Assembly (NCBI GenBank): GCA_030704615.1
Contig: CM060733.1
Span: 55,862,001 to 55,926,000 of the forward strand
Direction: 5' to 3'
DNA: 64,000 bases
Source: Takakia lepidozioides
Taxonomy: Eukaryota; Plantae; Bryophyta
Within the stretch, counting starts at the first letter, position 1. Each line of letters opens with the position of its first letter. The position numbers and the translations under genes were made by a program. Under the pieces are notes generated by a model. It worked only from the letters and a program-made list of their open reading frames with translations. It was not told the origin of the DNA and made no database searches. Below, in pieces: positions 23,387 to 36,191 of this stretch.

Positions 23387-26300
23387 ATGGAAGAAGAGTT
23401 GGAAGTAAAAGTCCTGCTCGCTGGAGGAGATGCATCACCAAACAGGCTTGGTTCTGTGTTCACTGTGCAAGGTGTCACATACAAATGCATCCGAGCAGAA
23501 ATTCTAGGTGATGAGCTTGTCTCAGCAAAATTTCATTTCCTTTCCATGGGGGGTAGTGTCCTTTCAGCCAAGTAGGAAGAGAGGATGGTTCTGAAAGGGG
23601 ATACTGTACACATTAAGATTTCAGACCAAAATGATGGGGACCAAGGATTGAAAAGACCTCTATCTTCCAGTGGTTCTACGATCTTGCATGAGGACAGACC
23701 AGGCGAGGACTCGGCACCAGTGTCTACCAAGATGAGGATGGACCCTGATACACCCTTTGCTGGCGATGGTGGAAATGAAGACCATGCACATGAGCATGCA
23801 CTTCAGCAGAGATCTGGTAGATTGTGCAGCACGTTGGCTACATCCAACGATATTCAAAAATGGCAGAAAGAGATTAGAGCCGTTGAAAGGAAAATCTCTG
23901 CAGAAGGACAATGTGACAAGTTTGAGCTGATGACAAAGGATCAACAAGGACAAGCAATGTTCCACATATGGTGTGTTGAGTGTGAGGATGTTTATGCACG
24001 GTCTGGGAAAAACAAACCATATGATGCATGTGCAAACTTTATGAGATCTCATTTGAGGAGTGAGGGGCATCGCATAGCCTATGAGAGGCGTCATGGGAAG
24101 GGTTCATCACAATGTGTCATCAGCCCTGTAAATGCAGATGAAGCATTTGATGCAAAGAAGAACAGGGTGAAGGAGGCATTAGAGGAAGTCGCTTGGTTTT
24201 GTGAGGACAATCCTGGAAACAGATTTGAGATTGTGGAAGCCACAATTGGAGACTATTCGCAGTTGGGTTCCATAAGGATTAGGTGCCCACTTGATTCGAA
24301 GTGGCTACTCTTGTTTCCAAGGACAAGTTCTTTGCAATCTTCTTTGACAGAGCATGTGAAAGGAAAAACTCATGTCGATGCAGAGATTTGCCAGAAGATT
24401 GGAAGTAGTGAAGGACTGTGCAAAAAGAGAGGAAGGCCTCCAAAGCCTATGATTGCCAAAGATGTAAAGCAACGGGATCTAAGCTCTTTCTTGGTCAGTC
24501 AACCTGTGTTGCCGTCCCCACCACTTGACAATCCAATTGTGGCATCAACAATGGGAGCATCCTCGTCACAAACTCCATACACTTGTGTTGACGCTGCCCA
24601 ACGGGCAGATCTGATCGAGGATTGACAATTATAGCAAAGGTCCCAATGCAACAAAGGAAGAGACAGTTTGTGTTGGGGCCTATGGGATGAATGGTGGGAG
24701 TACAACTAGCAGAGAATAAGTCTGAAACCATTCCTTCAAGATAGCAAGGGAGGAAAGAAGTGGTATGTCGAGCCGTTGACAAATGCAACCATCACTCTAA
24801 CCAATCAAGAGCATAAGGTTGTTGGTACGTTTCGGCACGCGGATTGTTTTAGAGTGTCATTGGATGGGGAGCCATTTCCAAACTTGAGATGTTCAGCATG
24901 TTCTTCCATTCCCTTGGAAAATGACTTCAGAATGAGGGTATATAGAGAAAGAGGTGCCATGGAATGTAGAGGGGAGAAAGATACTGGCAATGGAAGAAGG
25001 TTGTCATATCTTGGAAATGCCGAGATTGTCAAACAAGTTTACAAAAACAGACAGGAGTTGAGACAGTTGAGGTTCAAATTGTGGGAGGCCAGGACCAAAG
25101 TGGCATCCTTGTCTGTGCAATGTAGGAGTTTGAAGGAGTCTGGGATTGAGGCAATTGAAAGAGGAGATGTTCTCAAATTTTGTCGTGATATTGTTGATGC
25201 ACATAGGAGGGGGGATTTTGAAGGAAAAGAAAGTTTGTGGGATTTTCTTGTTGATATGGGCAAGAATATTGACAGGTCTCCACAAGGGAAGAGGTATGGT
25301 ACTAGCACAAAAACAATGTTTGAGACTGTGCAGCTTTGGGGGGGGTCCGAGATTTCATCATTTTTTGGCTTCAAATGTGGGGGGTCCTTTTATTGATACT
25401 ACAAGACGGTCTTTGAGGAAAGGTTTGAAGTACAGAGCGGGAGAAAGGGATGATATATTTCAGCATGTGGCTGGAATTTACAGAGATGTGATGGAAGATG
25501 CAAATATTCCAATGGGAAGCATCCCAGTGATGGTGGCCGAAGATGAAACTGTTGTGAAGCGATTGGTACGTTGGATTGCTAGGGATGACACCCTTCTCGG
25601 GTTCTGTGGGCTTCAAGACAACCATGTATGTATTTCAAATTTTGTGGTGCAAGTGGGAGAAGGGAATCAGGGTACGAACATATTGTGGAGGCATTCAAAA
25701 ACAATGTGGTTGCCCATTACGCCAGAGTGTTGATAGCAAACCCTCTACATGTACGATTACCTCGATTGGTATTGGTAATCCAGCTCACTTGCAATAGATT
25801 TGACAACAATTTTGTGAGATCACAATGGGAAGTGGTGAGACAGTTGTGGGACAAATATGTGAGGGACGTGGTTGGGCCTATAATTGGGCATGCTTCAGGC
25901 GGAGATAGTAGGAGGAGAAAAGTGATGTTAGAAGATTATGCCAATGGGGCTGGAAGTAGATTTTGCATCCATTGGGAATGATGGTTGTTTACAGGTCGAG
26001 TGTGCAACGGGGGAGATATATACGGACTCCATGATCAGGACTTCATCCACAATGGGAAAAAATTGGTAAATCCCTTGGACAGTGCATCACGGACTTTGGT
26101 GTTGGGTGATGAGGTTGCTACATTGAATCATGTGTTATTGGTCTACCATTCATTTTCAGTGGACAAGCATGGACTTCGGGAATGTGATATCAAAAGAGAA
26201 GATCGACAGAATTGGGTAGCAGCTCAACGACTGGCATCTCGGAAGGTGCAAGCTTGTTTGAGGGAGTTACAATCAACAATGAATCATCGAAGGGAGAGGA

Positions 26301-27799
26301 CCAAAGGTACTGAAATTTACCTATACATCATTTCATGCTACATCGACATTTTTTTGTCTCCTCACATGTCATTGTGTGAGAGGATACAATCTGCTGCGAA
26401 GGTATCGTTTTTTTTCAGATTGTGGAAGTTGTGGTTATTCCACCACGAGGTGTATAATCTGAAATCCTTCTTCATTAGCAGGGAAGCATACTTGGATTTA
26501 CAAATTTCATGCCACTACGTGGTTCTACTTATCAAATTGTTCAAGGATAAGTTTAATCATGTGCAAGTTCCTTTGAGCCTTGTTGGTTCAGATGTGTGTG
26601 AAATATTCTTCAGCAAAGTAGGAGGTATGTTACGGAATGAGAGGACATATGACGGGTGTGATTTGATTGAGAGTGCGGGAGCATTAACACGCATATCCGA
26701 GTTCGAGGTGAATCCAAAAGGACCCAAGTTCTCAAGAGCTCACAAGAAACAAGAACACATTTGGTTTTCTTTGGAGAAGAAGCCAGGTATCCCCCTTGCT
26801 GATTTGTCCGACTTTTCTACTGTCCAATCGGATGATTGCATTGTGGAGGCTTTGAAAACTGGATTTCTAGAAGCGCAACTTTTATGCCATAAACTTGGGA
26901 TGAAACCAAACAAAGCGACAAACTTGGATTGGTGGAATGAGCCATGGACAATTGAGAGACAAATGGAGGCCGAGCTATTCAAAAGCATGGAAGAGGAGGG
27001 TGATGATGTCGATGCCATAGATTCTATTTGTCCTCTTAATGCACACACACATATTCAAAATGAGGTCGTGGAAGATGAATTGGTGTGCGGGCCTTCGAAT
27101 TCAATGGAGGATGTTTTGAGCCAACCTTTGGATGATCATGCGGAAGAGGTACTTATTCAAATTGAATTGAGACATACTCTGGATGCTGTCATTGATGAGT
27201 TTGAACAAAAGAAAGATGGACCGAAGGCGGTGGTTCCATTTGTCAAAGTAGACGGGAAGACCATATTCAAAAGCACTTTGGTTAGCCAACTCAATGGCAA
27301 CCCTACTCTATCCAAGGATAGATTGACACGAGTAAGAAGTGCATCGATGTTGTTTTGCCGAGAAAACAAACCAACTACCAACAACAAAGCCACGAGCTTG
27401 GGATTGGGTTCGGATTGTGCTGTATTTTTTGTTAATGAGGAGACTGCGATCCAAACTACAAACAGGAAAGGCAGACCAGGGAAAACCTGCAGAAGAGCAA
27501 CCAAATGCACTTGGTATTTGGGCAGGGTTCAAAGAATGCGGAAGAAAATCAATAAGCGGTTTGTAGAATGTAGGGATTCTGTTGATTTATTGGAGCGTCC
27601 TTCTCATATGGAGATTGGGTTAGCATGGTACCAAAAAATTCGAGGAGGGGTCTATACGTACGATTTGACGGATAACATGATGGTTGATTTGGATTCCATT
27701 ATCGCGTTAGCATGTTTAAAGTACAATGTCAAGTCAAACACATATGTACTTGATGCAAATGACCGAAAAGTCTTTGACAACTTTATCAAAGGCAAATAA
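23387..27799 (+). pseudogene. P-element-like DDE transposase (~1470 codons) with N-terminal C2H2 fingers and AT-hook; disabled
   Basis: Coiled coil (QELRQLRFKL), HTH-like GKRYG..TKTMFETVQLWGGPRFHHFL..N.GGP..DTTRR, AEDET (D1), GHASGGD (D2 site, apparently D>G), DQDFIH (DxxH), DRQN, SDVCEIFFS (E). In-frame stops at 23573, 24623, 24632, ~24707 and 25979; frameshifts at ~25340 (G-run) and ~25665. Confidence 0.8.
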
Positions 27800-28798
27800 T
27801 TTTTTTAATTAATTTGTTATATTTTATTATGTTTTAAATGAATAAATTCGATATAATATAAAAACATACATATACATATTGGAGAATTATTTTTAATGAT
27901 GGAAAATGAGAATATACATACAGAAGGGGGTACTTTTTAAAAATTGTAAATTCTTGTATATTTACAGGAGGGGGTTTTATAATCTTCAAAAAATATGTAC
28001 AGAGGGGGTATAAATTATCCAAGGACCCGTATACAGGGGGTTTTTTTATTAGGCGACGAACGCACGTGATACGCACAGTTTATAAAGAGTGCGCCCCCCA
28101 GGTGATGAGCACTTTTGTGTACTGTGGGTGCTGGCATATTTTGTAATGTTGTCACTAAACTCAATGGACACAATGGTATCAATTTTTCCATGCACTGAGC
28201 ACCCGAGTCTACTGAGCTTGAATGTGCGAGCAGTATGCTGCTGAGGCTAGGACTGGTGGGTCGGTACCTAGTCTGGTAGGCACCATGTCCATGAGTCTGC
28301 TGGGACGCTGGATTGGCATGAGTCATTAGGGAGGTAGTCCACTGGGAGTCTGTCCAATTTGAGTCTGTTGTTGTGGATGAGTCTGCTTGAGACTTAGTCT
28401 GTCGAGCAGTCTGCTAGGAGAGTTGCAGGGATGAGGTGGGAGTGTGGTGAGTAGAGATTCGGAGTGGACAACGAACTGGGCAGCAGACTGACTTACTGGC
28501 GTGCGCAGTCTGCTGACTGTGACTCTGTTGGGACTGTACGTCAGTCCGTTGGGAGATTATGCAGGAGTCTGTTGGGAGACTGTGTGGGATTCAGTTGGGA
28601 GACTGGAGGAGTACGTTGGGAGACTGTGCAGGAGTCCATTGTGGGATTCTACAGCCGTCTGATGGGAGTTTGTGCCGGAGTTTGTGCCGGAGTCTGCTGG
28701 GATTGTGGAGACTGGAGGAGTCCGTTGGGAAACTGTGCATGAGTCCATTGCGGACTTGTATTTCAGAAAGAGACAATGCTACTAGAGGAATTGCAGAC

Positions 28799-31700
28799 TT
28801 ATATTGTTTTCTTCGTGACACCTACACGACCTGAAACCTTGCGAATTTTTGAGTATATATGTGTTGTAGGTGCAGGTGCAGACACCCTCTTGCTGGTTCT
28901 CCGCAAAACCCTAGGCCGGGTTTTCCAGGCCTCCACAAAATCTCGTCTCCTTTTCAGAGACATGTTGTTGTTGTCGTTCAGTGGACGGAAAGCCTTCACT
29001 GCCGCAGGGTGCAACATTCCAGCCGCACTTTTCGCCAGGATATCAATGAGCTGCCCTCTATACATACGAAGAGCAGATCGGGCATGTGCCTCCAGGTATT
29101 TGTCATCACCTACAATACGAAGTATGTCTGCAAATTCTTGTTCCATTGAGGCTGAGACCTCCAGAGGTGCCTTGTCGTAGGGGAAGTCGTCCGGAGGATG
29201 TCTTTCCATGAACTGATTGGATTCGTCGTTGACGCCGGCACCATTGCCCAAGAGCAAATTAGGTAATCCTCCATGAATGGTTCCCAGCGCCGTGCCACAA
29301 GCGCGCACAAGGAGGCCATCCTGCAGGTCAGGGTGAGGCATCTTCAGGACACGGACTTGATGCTTGCATAAGTTTCCCTTCATTGCCCATGGGCACGTGC
29401 AACAAGCCCAATCGCAATTAGGATTGTAAACAATGTATGTTGTGCCGGGGTGGTTGCTGCTGAGAACGTAGGTTGGTTCACCAGGACCCAAGGGAAGAGT
29501 AACATTCTCAGCATGAATGTCTCGTGCTGCAAGTATAGAACTGGATATGTACTTTTTGTGTTTGTCGTTTTTTATGAACCTGTGGGTCTTCAAATGGATT
29601 GCGTACCAGTAGTGTGTTAGCACACGGCCAGTGAGTTCCCATATAAGCCAGTCCAATCTACGACCACTCATCTTGCCTTTCCCCATGACAAGTCTTGCCT
29701 TCAAATTTCCATGGTATGTCTCAATGCTTGCATTTGTGTCTTGGCTTGCATGAGGGACATGGCGGGCTGCTGTACACCACATTGCATTTTGGGCTTCCAG
29801 TACTGCTCGATATAGTCAAGAAATTCATGTCATTTTGGGTATTTTGACCTCATACGACGGATTCTCCTTGCAACCCACCGAAGCACTCTTTCTCGTTGCG
29901 TGGTCCCACTCTACAGTACATGAGGTCTCCCATATCCTTCAACAAGTTTACAGCGGTCACCGGATCCTTCGTTTTCTTGCATGATTGCTTCACCCATGCC
30001 TTGCGAACATGCCAAAGGCAGAGGAAAATGAGTACTCATTCAAAAACAATTCTGCACAACACACATGGTACACATTAGAGTCTTGGGATCGGACTGCAAT
30101 GGTGGACCGCGGGAGTGGACTGTAACAACGACCTATATCAGCGGGCAGAGCCACTGGACTTGCCCAGTGGACAGTACAATGCCATGACGTTGATGTGCTG
30201 GAATAACCCCATTGGACTACCTAGTGGATTTCCCCGTTGGACTTCCCCCTAGCTAGGACTGGGGCAGCGGACTGCATTAGCGGACTGCCGAACGGACTTG
30301 CCAGGGACTGCCGAGTGGACTTGGCAGCGGATGGCCGATCCCAGGGACTGCTAGTGGACTTGGCAGCGGACTGCCGAGCGGACTTGCCAGCAGACTGCCC
30401 AACGGACTTGCCATGGACTGCTGAGTGGACTTCCCAGCGGACTTGCCAGGGAACTGACGAGCGGACTTGACAGCGGACTACTAGTGGATTTGCCCAACGA
30501 ACTGCCATCGGGTTTCGCTACAGGAGTCTGCCAGTGGACTGTAGCAATGGACTGCTACAGTGGACCTCGACAATAGACCGGTGCTGTGGACCAACAGACT
30601 TACCGAATAACGTTGATTTTTGCTTCGGCATCGTCCACAATGAAGGCATTGGGTCGCCAGCTCGGCAAATCTGCAAGGAATCGCGCAAGGCTCTCATCCA
30701 CGGCACCATGTCTGTTGTCCGATTCCTTGCGGATATGATATAGGCAACTGATATACCGCTCAACCACTCGTTGAAGACCATCAACGTGTACAATAGGAAT
30801 TGTTGGAATGCACAATGTCAGATGGTCAGAGCATGCAAATTCCGCTCAATTCTGCACGAGAAGACTTCATAAGAGTGATTCACAGTGGGTCTGTCTCTCG
30901 GTCTTCCGCAACGTACACATAAAAACATATAGAAAGGGTCAGCACACCAAATTTTATGTGAATGCTGCATGGTACTATGCTATCATGTTCCTACAAGTCC
31001 ATGGAATTGTTCGAATAATACCTTGTCATGATTTGTTCCAAATGTTGCATCAAACTGGACCACTTGTAAGCAATTCATCTCATGACAATTGACTAGTGAC
31101 AGATAAGACTATATATATTTCTGCGTGGGGATCAGTGGATGATACCAGATTCAAGGTAATTATAGTGGAGAAAATGTGGACAACCAGACGGTTGTGTCTT
31201 CTTTACCTACCATGCCTCTTTCTAAAAAGAGTATGAGCAGTGCAAGATTTATGTTTTGGAAGTAGGAAGATTACAAGAAATATCGCATTTCCTTTTCCAA
31301 ACAAACATGGAATGGTTGGAGCTAACAATTTTTCTTGTGAGTAACATGGTAAGTGTAGCTTTCGCTTGGCAAGTGTACCTCTCCTTGATATACAATTGCT
31401 GTGATGAGACTCTGCAAGCGATACGGGCATGTCCTAGTTCCAGCATTCGTCGTTTCTACCACGGAGTCTGTATGCCAATAGTGAATGTCAAATCTCCATC
31501 AAAATGCTCGAATGTTGGCTCTAATTTCTCCTCTTGATAGAAAAAAACGGACGCAGGATTCTGGTCTCTCCACATGCGCACACTCTCCACATCATCGGTG
31601 TGCTTTTTGAAGGTTTGTCACGCACGTTTTTCGGCAAGGTTGCGAACATCTTGCTCCAACAAGAAATCATCACGGGTTCATGCATCGCCCAAGCCGGTGT

Positions 31701-32562
31701 TGTTCATCACGTGCTCTTTATGCTCCATCATGATTTGGGCGACCGACAAGCCTCGGGACAAATACTCGACGACCCAGGCTTTCAATTCCTCGCTAATGTA
31801 TGGTGCATAGGCATGGCGGACGTTCCTGAACTCTGCGGACTTCCCATGCGAGGGTTTCCCTTGCGCATCTGTATGCTCCATGTTGTTGTGTACGTGGGAC
31901 ACAGATGTCAGGGGCGAGATAACATTGTTGGACCTTGAAACAACATTGACAACCACGCTTGTAAGACTCTCCATACTCCGACTTCTTTCTCCTTGGGCCT
32001 TTATGAGGGCAAGATGTTCCAGCACCCACAAGAGGTCCTCCACGCTTCTGTTTTGGATCCTCCATTATTTTTTTGTTGGTGCGTTTGTCATTAGGACTGT
32101 AGCAGCATTGATACCTGGACAGAAAATTCAAAAATCGATATCCAACGACTCGAGGAAGCATAAAATCAGAGAACTCGTGAAACAAAAAATGGCAACAGAC
32201 ATGCAATGAAATGTCAAAAGGACTGAGGATGGTGCACACATAATACTGGATAGAAATGTATTGGCTCTGGGCGCTTTTAGCGTGCCGGGTTCCACTTTAG
32301 AATGGACATTCACCCAAAACTGAGTGGGGTAGTCCTCCAAACTCTCCTCTCCCAGGACAAAGTCACAAACTCTATCCCAAGGTATGCAGGCCTTTTCAAC
32401 ATTCACTCGCACATCCATAAATCCATATTGCGTCTCACTCTTCCAATGGAGATCCTTCCTGTTGAAGGGTCCTGGTTTTGCTGTTTGCAAACATTGTCGA
32501 AGAGGCTGTATAAGCGGGTTTTCCGTGATCAGTATATCATCGGGTTTTGCTTCCACGTCCAT
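28799..32562 (-). pseudogene. MULE (MuDRA-type) transposase with SWIM finger, multi-exon, decayed
   Basis: KRGCQCCF...H..EH (WRKY/GCM1-like), PLYTLMVFN...VAYII, FIVDDAEAKIN, LCLWHVRKAW, DTNASIETYHGNLK, SWIM CTCPWAMKGNLCKH. Confidence 0.88.
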
Positions 32563-33234
32563 GCCCTATACAGTACAAATGACACGCTTCTGAACCTACA
32601 AGAAACGCGTCGCACTACCCAGGACATGATCGACAACGTGCCACGGCTGTTGGCAAGTGGCAGGCGGCAGGGATAAAGGTTTGAATTGCAGCCCTAAAAA
32701 TGGAGGGCTCGGATGGGTTATGGGAACGGATGGTGGAGATCCTGCGCCGTCAGCGGATTTGATGTTGATGGTAGGGGGCTGGCCTGCGGACTGGCAGACT
32801 GGAGGGCAGCGGACTCATGGGCGGGGGAGTGGCAGCGCGGCGGACGGGGCGCGGAAGGGGCGGGCGCGGCTGCGCCAGCCGCGCGCAACGTCGGACGGAG
32901 TGGGGGGAGACGGGAGTCCGTGCGCAAGGCCCACTGGCCACATCGCACGTGCCCATTGAAAACCCTATTATCTTAAAATGAGAGGCGGTTTACTGTGCCT
33001 CTTGTAAATGTTATTTTATGAAAATTTGCCCTGCTTTCTTGGTGATATGTGATACCTGGATATCTGTTAGAAAATTCAAACTCTAGAGGCCTAACATTAA
33101 AGCAGGTTCGACTGTACCCTCTACCACATCACGCTAAAGTCCAAAACGATTACTGGGCCGCCGAACTCCACATGAATTCAGCACCCGACAAAATCCATTT
33201 TTTGCGGGGCTCCCCACATGGAAGGACGCCCTAA

Positions 33235-33506
33235 GGCCCCCACTTGTCCGACTTTCCTAGATTTTGGGTCCAATAAGGAAAAGACAAACAAAGCTCGAAT
33301 AACTACGTAAAGTAGGCCCCACTTGTCCAGCTTCCCTAGATTTTGGGTTCAACAAGCACATATCCAAAAAGACAAATGAAAGCTTCAAATCTAAGGGAAG
33401 TATGGGGGAAGACCCCACTTGTGGGGCTTTTCTAGATTTTCGGGCCTGCTATCACCCTCCCTGGGCTTGAGGTCCAAAAATCTAGGAAAGTCCTCCGATC
33501 GGGGCA
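33235..33506. repeat. MITE-like short inverted-repeat element
   Basis: actttcctagattttgg (~33251) versus ccaaaaatctaggaaagt (~33473-33490); internal partial copies at ~33316 and ~33425. TSD not clear. Confidence 0.5.
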
Positions 33507-33774
33507 TTTCCCTACACCTAGGTTTCGAGCTTTGGTTTCTGTTTTGGATTGTGTGCTTGTTAAGAGGTAGCTATATCCGTGGGAGCTTTAAACAGACGCT
33601 TCATCTTTCCATTAAGAAATATATAGCATGAGGGTAGAAGTATATCACTTCTCGTCCGCAGCATTGTGTTGGCGCTCAAGTGTCTGCTACACTAATGTAT
33701 CAATGTGTACATAATTGAATCTAATCTGTGAAGTGGCACTGTGTGGTTGTTGTAGGAAGTAAGTAGCTGATGAA

Positions 33775-36191
33775 TCAAAAGGAATCAAAGCAAATTCCAC
33801 ATTTGAGCTCATCTACGAATGCCTCCAAATTTCTCGTGGAGGGACCATCTTCAGCCATCGCCTTGTGTGCCAAGTGTTTGAGCTTCACGGCCCGGTCTCG
33901 CATAGCCATGCTTGCTGCCCCTCTCGTGGCCAAGCGCACCACCCTCGCCACTTCGTCTTTCTCCACCACCCCAACTTTTGACTTGTGAAACTCCACAGCT
34001 ATCTTTAATTCGTCGACGAGGACACTATTGCGCATACCCAAGTACCACTCAGTTACGCGCATCAGGAGAAACTCTGATCAAATTGAGAATTTTTTCAGTT
34101 TTGCGTTATGAATTTTGCACAGTCTAGATTGAGAGAGTTGCAGGTCTAGTTGGGGAAGATTTTCTTCTTACCTGCAGTTCATCCTTTGTTCTCCATGAAT
34201 CGGCCATGCGAGCATTGGATGGCCTGCGCAAACATCTTCGAGTATGGAATTCCAACCACAGTGCGTGAGGAAGGCCCCTGTCGACGTATGCGCTAGAACT
34301 CGGAGCTGCGAAACCCAGCCAGGCACCACTATACCCCGCCCCTTCGTTCGTTCTTCAAATCCTGCATCAACGAGGCGTGCACACCCAGATGAAGCGTTGA
34401 TAGATATTTGAGAAGTAAACATCTTTCAAACCGGGCCAGGCCCTTTTGTAGCCGCATTCTAAAATAGCGGGATGGGTAGAATCACCTGGAGGGAGAAATT
34501 CGGTAACCTGCTTTTTGGCTTGCGATGCATGAGCGGGAGGTGCCCCGGGTGGTCGAAGGACCCACAAGAATGCTTGCCCGCTCGCCTCGAGACCCAACGC
34601 TAGCTCGATAATCTGGTCGGCAGAGATCGAGGCCATGCTTCCAAATGATATATAGAGAACGGACGACGGAGGGTGCGTGTCCAACCATTCCTCATACCAG
34701 AGTTTTGGCTTCATAGCACCATTTTCAATGGTGTGGTTGACATATGGTTCTCCCAGAAGCAACGGACCAACCGGCATGACTTTCCTCACCTATATTTATG
34801 TAGAACATGTTGTATGATTAGTGTGATTCGCTTGAAAAACCCAGTGCCTAACAACATCGGGAACACCATTTACTTAAAGATATCAAAGGTTGCGAAATAT
34901 CAAAAGAAGAGTTGGAATCAATACAAAAACGTACTGATCTTATAAGCAATGGACATCAAGGTGTACCTTCACTTTCTTTGTACAAATCACGTCTTTCCGA
35001 AGTGCATCCAAGACTACGCTTTCCATGTCTTCAAAAGTGTTGACCAGAATCAAGGAAGCTTCCATCAGTCGTCTCGCATGATAATCTTGGAAGATGAATT
35101 TGTCATGTGTTTTCTCACGTTGTAGATCGGGAGGCAGGAGGTCCAAAGCGTGCATTGGGGCCAAACCAGGGATACTAAGGAGATCATTCGGGTTACTTGG
35201 TGTTGGAGGTATAAGCCCCTCGGATACGAGTGTTGTCATCTACATCACATTCAACTGTCAAATTCAAAGCGAAGATCTACAGTTCTTAACTACATGTCTA
35301 CGTCGAACATTTCGATCGCTTATAGCTTAAAACTATGCTAGCTTCGCTTGTAACTGCGGAAAACTTTGTATCACGGACTACTTAAATACGAGACCTAGCT
35401 TGAGACAAGTATTCAAATTTTGAAAATATGAACTCGTGCCCTTTTGTACGAGAAAAATCACGAGACTGTAAATGATCCCAGAATTACGACATAAATTTGG
35501 AGTATCATTTCAAATTCAGTACAATCCATGAATACAATTTCTGATGTAACTTGCAACAATTGAGAGTCTCCGGGCTCCTCCGAAGCAGATCTCCCAAGTT
35601 GATGCGCTATGTATGATATGCGGTAGACAAGCTCGAGAGACAATTGTAAAAGGTATTGGAAAATAGGAAGAGGACGAGAGAGCCTACGCAGGGCCTGGGG
35701 ACGAATTGAACTTAGTAGCATACCTGAAGCATAAGTGACAGATAGGCAGCGGGGGACGTGAAGAAAAAATGCTTTGGAATGCTGAACCTGTCGGCCACCT
35801 CGTGAGACCATCCCGCGTACATGTCTGCGATTATACAGGAAGGAGCAGACACCTCCGAATCTCCGGATGACATCTTTTCTATAATGTCCCCCAACAAGTC
35901 TATCAGTGTCTCATCTAAGGTGAACCAAGCTTCAACTCCATCTGACCCTTCTGGGAAGTTGTCCCCCAAGCCCATCAGTCGAATGCCCATGTCATGCATT
36001 CCAAAATGTTTGAACCTTTCGGCTTGCAATTGTGCGATGTGATCCTCGAGGCCGATTACACTTACAATAACACCACGGGCAACCAGTTGCTTTGCGAGAT
36101 GAATGGTAGGAACAGCGTGGCCGGATAGGGGGGTTGGGACAATCACCACATGCGGTTTGGATTCCTTGTGGGAAACCACACTGGGCGTCAT
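33775..36191 (-). CDS. Family-1 UDP-glycosyltransferase, 5 exons (36191-35724, 35239-34967, 34789-34486, 34361-34172, 34024-33775)
   Basis: KPHVVIVP..LSGHAVP; CIIADM; VLYISFGS; FLWVLRPP; PSPG box WVSQLRVLAHTSTGAFLTHCGWNSILE...PMLAWPIHGEQ. All introns GT-AG with consistent phases. Confidence 0.93.

Larger units (their letters stand above)
18322..28102 (+). mobile_element. P-superfamily-like DNA transposon, 9781 bp, with TIRs and 8-bp TSD
   Basis: TSD TGATGAGC at 18314-18321 and 28103-28110. TIR CCTGGGGGGTGCACTC versus reverse complement CCTGGGGGGCGCACTC (15/16), extending imperfectly to CACGTGCGT. Internal DDE transposase. Confidence 0.85.
14711..33031. mobile_element. Mutator-like (MULE) element with convergent Ulp1 and transposase genes; left end missing
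   Basis: Ulp1 gene (+) and MULE transposase (-) converge. The right terminus reads GGGCAAATTTTCATAAAATAACATTT on the minus strand from 33031, which is MULE-TIR-like. No matching left TIR found. Confidence 0.7.
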
